Position numbers and translations under genes: made by a program. Shown piece by piece: positions 56,444 to 64,000 of a stretch of DNA of 64,000 bases; positions within the stretch are counted from its first letter, which is position 1, and each line of letters opens with the position of its first letter. A model generated the notes under the pieces. That model did no database searches and was not told the DNA's origin. It saw nothing but the letters and a program-made list of their open reading frames with translations. The stretch covers positions 4,727,493 to 4,791,492 of the forward strand of contig NC_068992.1 in NCBI RefSeq assembly GCF_001194135.2. The letters are read 5' to 3'. This DNA is from Octopus bimaculoides (Eukaryota).

Positions 56444-56524
56444 GAAAAGGGCTGACTGCAGGGAAATGGCTATCCTTTGCTCCGAGGAACTCTGAGTATA
56501 TATCGGGTTCAGTATTTAGTTCAA
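56444..56524 (-). CDS. Candidate internal exon, 81 nt, phase 1-1 (ELNTEPDIYSEFLGAKDSHFPAVSPF)
   Basis: Minus strand GGTCTTCTTTCATCCTCCAG|TTGAAC...TTTTC|GTAAGA; strong pyrimidine tract and an open frame. No recognised homology. Confidence 0.27.
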
Positions 56525-57262
56525 CTGGAGGATGAAAGAAGACCACACAAATTTACAGTTGATTACGTAAGAGTTACGCAATCACCTGTAAGTTTTATTA
56601 CCTCTCCTGCTTGCCCGACTAGAATCAGAAGGCAGGTGTTATTACTATTATCATTAGGAACGTCAATCCTACACATCATATTAATTTCAGGCCTTATTTC
56701 ACTGATGGTGTTATTGTATATTTGCCTATGAACATTTATGTTTATAATTGTGATTATCACAACAATTAGTATTTTCATTATTATCCTCATTAATACTACT
56801 ATAAATACTATTACCATGTATAGTTCGGTGATTACATTTAATGCAGTTCCTAACTATAGTATGACTTTCATCATCTGTTTCTCGGTTATATTCAACATAA
56901 TTAGTACTCTTACCATTAGCTTTATAAATTGATCTAATTGCAGTAATGTGTTAGTTATCCTTATTGTTGCAGGTGTCTTAATTCATGCTCCATTTAATCC
57001 AATTACTAACATTAGCAGGTCTAATGTCATGTACGCTATTATTAAAACGCATATATTTGATGCAATTATTCTAAGTTATAACGACATGACTATTGCCCCC
57101 TATTGCGATTATTAATAGTATCGTTGTTAAGAATTATATTTATTAGGAATGTTTTGCTTTATATTATTATTATAGTTATTAATAATACTCTCACTGCTAC
57201 CATCATCACTTTACTACACTAGATGTAACCGATACGACGTTCATCGTTACTACTAGTATTAG

Positions 57263-57670
57263 ATTGGCAGCAAGGTAGCAGAAACGTTAGCATCCGGATG
57301 GTATTTCGTGTGTCTTTATGTTCTGAGTTCAAATTCCGCCGAAGTCGACTTTGCTCTTCCACCTTTCGGGGACGAAAAATTAAGTAACAGTTGCATACTG
57401 GGTCGATGTAACCGACTGGCCCCCTCCCCGATAATTTCTGGCCTTCTGCCTAGATTTGAAAAGAAAAGAATCGTTAACACGCCCTACAGAATGCTTAGTT
57501 GCATTTCGTCCGTCTTTACATACTATGTTCAAATTCTGCCGGGTCATCTTTGCCATTCATACTCTCGGTGTCTATAAACTAATTACCAGTTGAGCACTGG
57601 GATCCATGTAGTAGACTTGTCCACGCGTCCGTACCTGCTGAGTTTGTGCCAAAGTTAGAGACCATTATTC
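57263..57670 (+). mobile_element. Head-to-tail dimer of SINE family A
   Basis: The first copy (about 57263-57470) ends AAAAGAAAAGAAT. The second, 5'-truncated and more diverged copy starts CGTTAACACGCC at about 57471. Confidence 0.8.
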
Positions 57671-58355
57671 TTATTAACAAACTCATATATAGTTATCATA
57701 ATCCGGTGACTTCATACTGGAATGACAGTGTACGCAGGGCTCCGGTTTTTGTATCAGAATTGTTATTGATATGCGCTATTAAGGTGGAAGTCCTTACCAT
57801 TTTTATACTTCGATATTTATGCTTCATTTTGCTGTCTAGTATGGTAACTAATATTTGTAACGGCATTTTATTTAAAGATTTACGGACATGCCTAAGATAA
57901 TGCATTTTATGTTTATAATAAGGCGCAGAAACACCGGAATCTAGTTCCAACGTAAAGAAGTCGAATTATCCATGATTACTCTCTAACGTGATGGATAGAA
58001 CAACATTCCTGAAAACCCTAAACAATATTATCTTACATCTTTCATAGCTAGCGTTCCTGAATTTTCGCAGTACCAACATTTTCGCAGTACCAATTGATCG
58101 GATTAATTGGAAGCCACGTTGTAGTAGCCAACGCAATACCAATTATATTGAGAAATAATTTTCTTTTCCACCTGTTATATATTGTCTTACTACAGAAACT
58201 TTTCTAACGAAACGCAAATAACTCAAAATGAATGTATGTCTCCACTGATCTCTCATTCACGGATTAGCATCCGTTATTAAACTTTGAGTACCAAGGAATT
58301 TGAATCAAACTCTGTTGATACATGCATAAATACATATACGTATATACTTTTGTGA

Positions 58356-58389
<34 letters not shown>

Positions 58390-59933
58390 ANNNNNNNNNN
58401 NNNNNNNNNNNNNNNNNNNNNNNNNNNNNNNNNNNNNNNNNNNNNNNNNNNNNNNNNNNNNNNNNNNNNNNNNNNNNNNNNNNNNNNNNNNNNNNNNNNN
58501 NNNNNNNNNNNNNNNNNNNNNNNNNNNNNNNNNNNNNNNNNNNNNNNNNNNNNNNNNNNNNNNNNNNNNNNNNGTATGTATATATACACACAGACACACA
58601 GACACAGACGAATATTCAAAGCAATCATCGAAACTGCATGATATTTCATAACGAAGACAATCACCATATACAAGGATTCTTATGAATGCTTTCATAGAAA
58701 GTTTCTAAAATCACTGTGGAAAAGAGGTAACGAGGGGTAGGGACACAAGACAGTATTACCTGCATATATTAAAGAATTTCAAATGACGACATGCATTGAC
58801 AATATTTCTCAAGGCCATGAAGATAAAGCACACGGCCATCCGCACACTCTAACATGCAACACTGACACAGACGCACATTTAAACATTTATATATATATAT
58901 ACACACATATATGCAAACATGCATACGTATATGTATATATACATGCATATACACAGACTGAGACGCACACACACGCACGTAGATATATGTATATAATACC
59001 ATTATTCATGAGAATTTGTATGTCTATATTTAAATTGATATCCGAATATCTCGACCAAAACTAATAATGCATTTGTACCTTTGTCTTAAATACAAAGAAA
59101 ATAATTAATCAGATCGATAACATAATATTTCCTATGAAACCCGCGGCTGTGATTCATTAGTTGATTTCGCGTACATCATCTTCAATGCATGCATGACTTA
59201 GCATGGGTGACTGAAATATTAACATGAACCAAGGGAGTAATTCAGATAATTTTGCTAATGTTTCACTATTCAGCCAGGTGCATAGAAGCGTACATTCCTA
59301 TATACATATATACATATATGCATATATGAGCATATATGTATATATATATGGATATGCATATATATGGAAGGGTGTGTGTTCGTATGCATTCATGCATATA
59401 CACATATGTATATATATATNNNNNNNNNNNNNNNNNNNNNNNNNNNNNNNNNNNNNNNNNNNNNNNNNNNNNNNNNNNNNNNNNNNNNNNNNNNNNNNNN
59501 NNNNNNNNNNNNNNNNNNNNNNNNNNNNNNNNNNNNNNNNNNNNNNNNNNNNNNNNNNNNNNNNNNNNNNNNNNNNNNNNNNNNNNNNNNNNNNNNNNNN
59601 NNNNNNNNNNNNNNNNNNNNNNNNNNNNNNNNNNNNNNNNNNNNNNNNNNNNNNNNNNNNNNNNNNNNNNNNNNNNNNNNNNNNNNNNNNNNNNNNNNNN
59701 NNNNNNNNNNNNNNNNNNNNNNNNNNNNNNNNNNNNNNNNNNNNNNNNNNNNNNNNNNNNNNNNNNNNNNNNNNNNNNNNNNNNNNNNNNNNNNNNNNNN
59801 NNNNNNNNNNNNNNNNNNNNNNNNNNNNNNNNNNNNNNNNNNNNNNNNNNNNNNNNNNNNNNNNNNNNNNNNNNNNNNNNNNNNNNNNNNNNNNNNNNNN
59901 NNNNNNNNNNNNNNNNNNNNNNNNNNNNNNNNN

Positions 59934-59965
59934 TCTCTTTCTCTCTCTCTCTCTCTGTGTCTCTC

Positions 59966-60032
<67 letters not shown>

Positions 60033-60105
60033 GTATATATGTATATATCTCTGCGTGTATGCATGTGTGTGTGTGTATATGTGCATGTATGTATATATGT
60101 AGGTA
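59934..60105. repeat. Compound (CT)n-(AT)n-(GT)n microsatellite beside a gap
   Basis: Direct reading. Confidence 0.95.
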
Positions 60106-60697
60106 TGTATAAAATGATAACACAATTGGGTTAAACGCTCAGTATCGCTGTGTGAGAGGCGCTTGTAATTAATGAATCATTCGATTACATCACGAAATGA
60201 AAAGCGCTCGCTTCAGGTGAATTAATTATATATCATTTGGTACGGTGAACATATCCCTAGATGCTTACAATGTTGGTTGAAGGCCTAATTTCAGCGTCAC
60301 TGAAGAGGGCTTTGTATCTACTGCTTTATCCGCAAAATGTTATGAGTAGGACGCACGATGTCGTAGGTTTTCAGTCAATCTATCATTCAGTCAATCAAAC
60401 AATCAATTAATTTGTCTACCTCTCAATCAATCACTCCATCAATCTATACAAACACACACACATACATATATACAGATTTATGTATATATACATATATACT
60501 CCTCTCGTCTTCCGTCTTTCATTTCACACATACATACACACACCACACACCCAGACATAATTTGTACGGACCACGCGCAGTCATGCAGTGCTTTGTCTGC
60601 TTAAAGTGCTTCTACTCCAAATGTTATAGCTTCAAACACTTCAAGCTTTGTCGCTACAAATCGAATATGTCTCTCTTTCTCTCTTCTTCACCTCTCT

Positions 60698-60745
<48 letters not shown>

Positions 60746-63414
60746 TATATATACGTATGTATATATGCGTTCGCGCCCCTATGTGCAGATTATATCTGTT
60801 GATTTTACAGGATGCGGCATTTTTTTTAGTTGTCCTTACCTTAACGGGAATGTAAATAATATATAAATGTATATATTCCGGTGTGTGTATCCGCCAAGTT
60901 CTTTCAGATACATATGTATTACCGGTACCGAAAGAGTATTTTACGGCTGGTATACCCAACGGTAATACATTATTCTTAAAAAGAAATCTTCATACAGCAT
61001 TATTTACCTGTTTATTACGCGGATTTGTAGTCTACTTCAACATTTTCTTTATCCTTTAGGCAATAAAATAAACTTCTAGTATCCCTCTATATTTCATGAA
61101 ACTTTAAATGCTTTTTCTGGATGAAATACTTTTTATGACAACATATTTGCGGTGTGAGTCTTTATTATCTATCAGCGGTTGGGAGATATTCTGTGATCTT
61201 CAAAATCAGGATTCTTATAACAATGCCCATAGTCGGCAGATATGACATTCACTTGTTTACGTTATTTGTATCGTCACGATGGATATATAGGAAGTATATA
61301 TGTAATCATCGAAACCAAAGCGATTTTTATCGTATGTATTCCAGTAAATATACTTTTCTCCAGACAATTTTCTACAGTGTCATATAACAAAACCTGTAGT
61401 AATGCTGTGTTCTAGATGCACAATAAACCAACAGCATTGTTTCATACATTATCTGTGCTTAGATAAGAATTTGTCTTATGTACCGTAGATGACTCCGTTT
61501 TGCATTTTTTGGATAAATTTTGTGTATTTTGTATCCGGTACGGACTGCGCTAAACCTATTTCTACAAATTTGTATAATTCCGTTAGAGTAAATCATGTAG
61601 ATAGATTTTGTTGTCTAGTTATTCTTTTATAATGTTGGTGCTTCTTTTTGTGGAGCAGATATTGGAATGTTTTTCTAAGAAAGATTTTTACAGCAGAATT
61701 TTATAAACCTCTGGATATTCAGGATCGCTATGCATCTATAGTATATTTTGTTGTGACTTCCGTTGGGTGCAATATGTAACGATTCTTATTCCTACATCTA
61801 AATATCAATCTTTTCTTGTGTCTAAATTCTTTGATAAGCTACACTAATTATCAAACTAAAGGATAAACTGATTTGTTCCTAAAATTATTTTCATTACTCG
61901 AATTTTAAGTTATTTTGCTACGAGAGTTGCAAATATATACATGTAGTATGATACAATGTAGAACTACATAATGTATTGTGATTGCTAGCTTGTCAATATA
62001 TTACCAGAAACACGAGAGATATTAGTCCAAACGGGCACTTTAATACATCATGTACCAAGAAACAATTCCTTTATTTGCAAAAGAGTTATGTGCAAATGCA
62101 TTCCAAATGTTCCCACTTGCTGCTCGATTATATTGCATAATGCTAGTAAATGTCGATGCAAATACAAAAAAAAAAGCCAATCACTTCATACAAATACAAT
62201 ATACGCTAGCTTGTTTCAACCATTTGTATGGTATGGTATATCACTTTCAAAGAAGTGTCAGGACATACGTCGAGAGCTTTGGATATCATTTATTTTTTTG
62301 AAGAATTGTTCATAAAACAGAAACTTTGTTTCGTTCCTGTGTTTAATCACATTATAACTACAGCTTATATTGCTCCCTACTGAGGGAATTTATCGGTTTC
62401 CTTTAAACGTTACAGTATAAAACATTGAATGAAATTCATCGGGTTATGCATAGAGATTATATTTTTCAATTACCCATCTTATTTTATTTATCCAGAAGCC
62501 CTAATATCTCCTACGCTCAAACCGTTTTCACAACACATGTGAAACATCATTGATTTTCATATAGTGCTGCCATCTCTCTCGTTTCTAAGACAACATTTTA
62601 CTTCAATCTCAATATCATTGAGAGGAATGCCTATTTACGTTGTTATATTCATTTATGCATCATGGGTAGCCGTTACGTAATGTCATGTCCATTCCATAGA
62701 ATGTATCCTTGAACATTTACCCTTTCCTTTTGCATAATATACGTTAATTTCATTCATTTGCAACTCATAGTCTTGTATTGAAGATATTTGGAGTGAATTC
62801 AGTCTCCAATCGTTTTCTCTAAATTAATTTCCTGTGAGTCTTATGGAAATTAAGTTTGTTCAAATTTCGAGTTGCTCTCGTGAGAAGCTGCATCTCAGTG
62901 TCGTTAGTTGTATGCATTGTAAATTCCCCCATCTTATCATGTCCAGGATTCTAAGTGACAATTTCACATCGGGGATGAATACTTTAATTATTGTAAAGTA
63001 GTGACTCGCTAGACTATTACATCAGTTCGATAAACTATATCGCATCCATGAACATCATGTGTGGGTAGTCAACAAGATATTACTTTGCCACAACCTTTTT
63101 GAGAGATTGAAAGCTTCTATCCATTTCAGGTTTTATTTTCTTTTTTAAAATCGAAATAACCTACTAATATGTTAATCGTAAACCATACGCAAATCATGTG
63201 CCATAATATGAAACTGCGTAAAATATTGTTCATATAAAAACAATCATTTATTCATACATTATTCGAGTACAATAGTTTGCATGCGCAGATGTTCATAGAA
63301 GTTGCCGAAAAATATGTCCGGAAGCAACTTGTGTACATACATAAGGTGTTTGGTTTTGACATTTTACACGAGTAACTCAGGCATAAAAAAAGTGTTTGAA
63401 ATCTTATCTACGTA

Positions 63415-63580
63415 GGCGTAGGTGTGTGTATGTGGTAAGAAGTTTGCTTCACGACAGCATGCTCCGGATTGAGTCCCACCTCATGGCACTTTGGTCAAGA
63501 GTCTTCTACTATAAACTCGGGTCGTGCGAAGCCTTCTGAGTAGATTTGGTAGACGAGAAATGAAAGGAGCCCGCTGTATA
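63415..63580 (+). mobile_element. SINE family C, near full length
   Basis: GTATGTGGTAAGAAGTTTGCTT...GAGTCCCAC...GGCACTTTGGTCAAGAGTCTTCTACTATA...GATTTGGTAGACG...GAAAGGAGCCCG, followed by a (TA)n tail. Confidence 0.87.
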
Positions 63581-64000
63581 ATACGTATATATATATNNNN
63601 NNNNNNNNNNNNNNNCATATATGTATATCACCCCATCCATAATCACGAATAAACGGTAGTCTTTCAACCTAGAAGTTCTCTCTTTTTATACTCATGTGCC
63701 CGCTCTTCCGGCCGTCGATATCATTACGGACCGCATCGCATCTCTCCTTTCGTACCCCATTTCTCCCCCTCTCACCCTTCTCCACCTCCATCACAGTATT
63801 TTTCTATTTCTCCTTCTTTTTCTACACCCCCTTTCTCTTCCACCAAACTTCTCCTTTTTAGACTTACAACCGCGGATATCAATGAACTATTACTCATTAT
63901 AGTAGGTAACACCTACTTTTCAATAGAACGATCAGGTATATAAATATAAAAGGTCTTATTTTCCGTTTGAGTGTACATTTAATGGTTAAATATAAATGTG

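Noticed and set aside
62050-62315. Two overlapping ORFs of 75-83 aa
   Set aside because: No splice support or domain motif, and the composition is that of background AT-rich DNA.

Overview
This is eukaryotic, AT-rich, microsatellite-dense genomic DNA from a gapped draft assembly, with 16 N-runs totalling about 3.2 kb, most of them next to simple repeats. From recalled repeat sequences it looks like an Octopus (coleoid cephalopod) genome; this is inference, not a database result. I found no intact, recognisable protein-coding gene, rRNA, tRNA gene or CRISPR array, and most long ORFs in the supplied track are microsatellite or N artefacts. The well-supported content is: (i) about 17 copies of four SINE-type families (labelled A-D here), several with readable target-site duplications; (ii) four decayed Tc1/mariner relics, including a WVPRL...HQDN mariner transposase at 30.8-31.5 kb and a DD37D/maT-like C-terminus at 50.4-50.8 kb; (iii) two copies of a probable Penelope-like end fragment; and (iv) many simple and compound microsatellites. 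The window reads as intronic or intergenic, and a few hand-picked splice-bounded exon candidates remain unvalidated. I cannot demonstrate a novel biological system. The best leads are a 94-nt hairpin with pri-miRNA-like geometry (50793-50886), a closely spaced pair of frame-preserving microexon candidates (44351-44452), and a 105-nt exon candidate with a deleted upstream duplicate (42256-42674).
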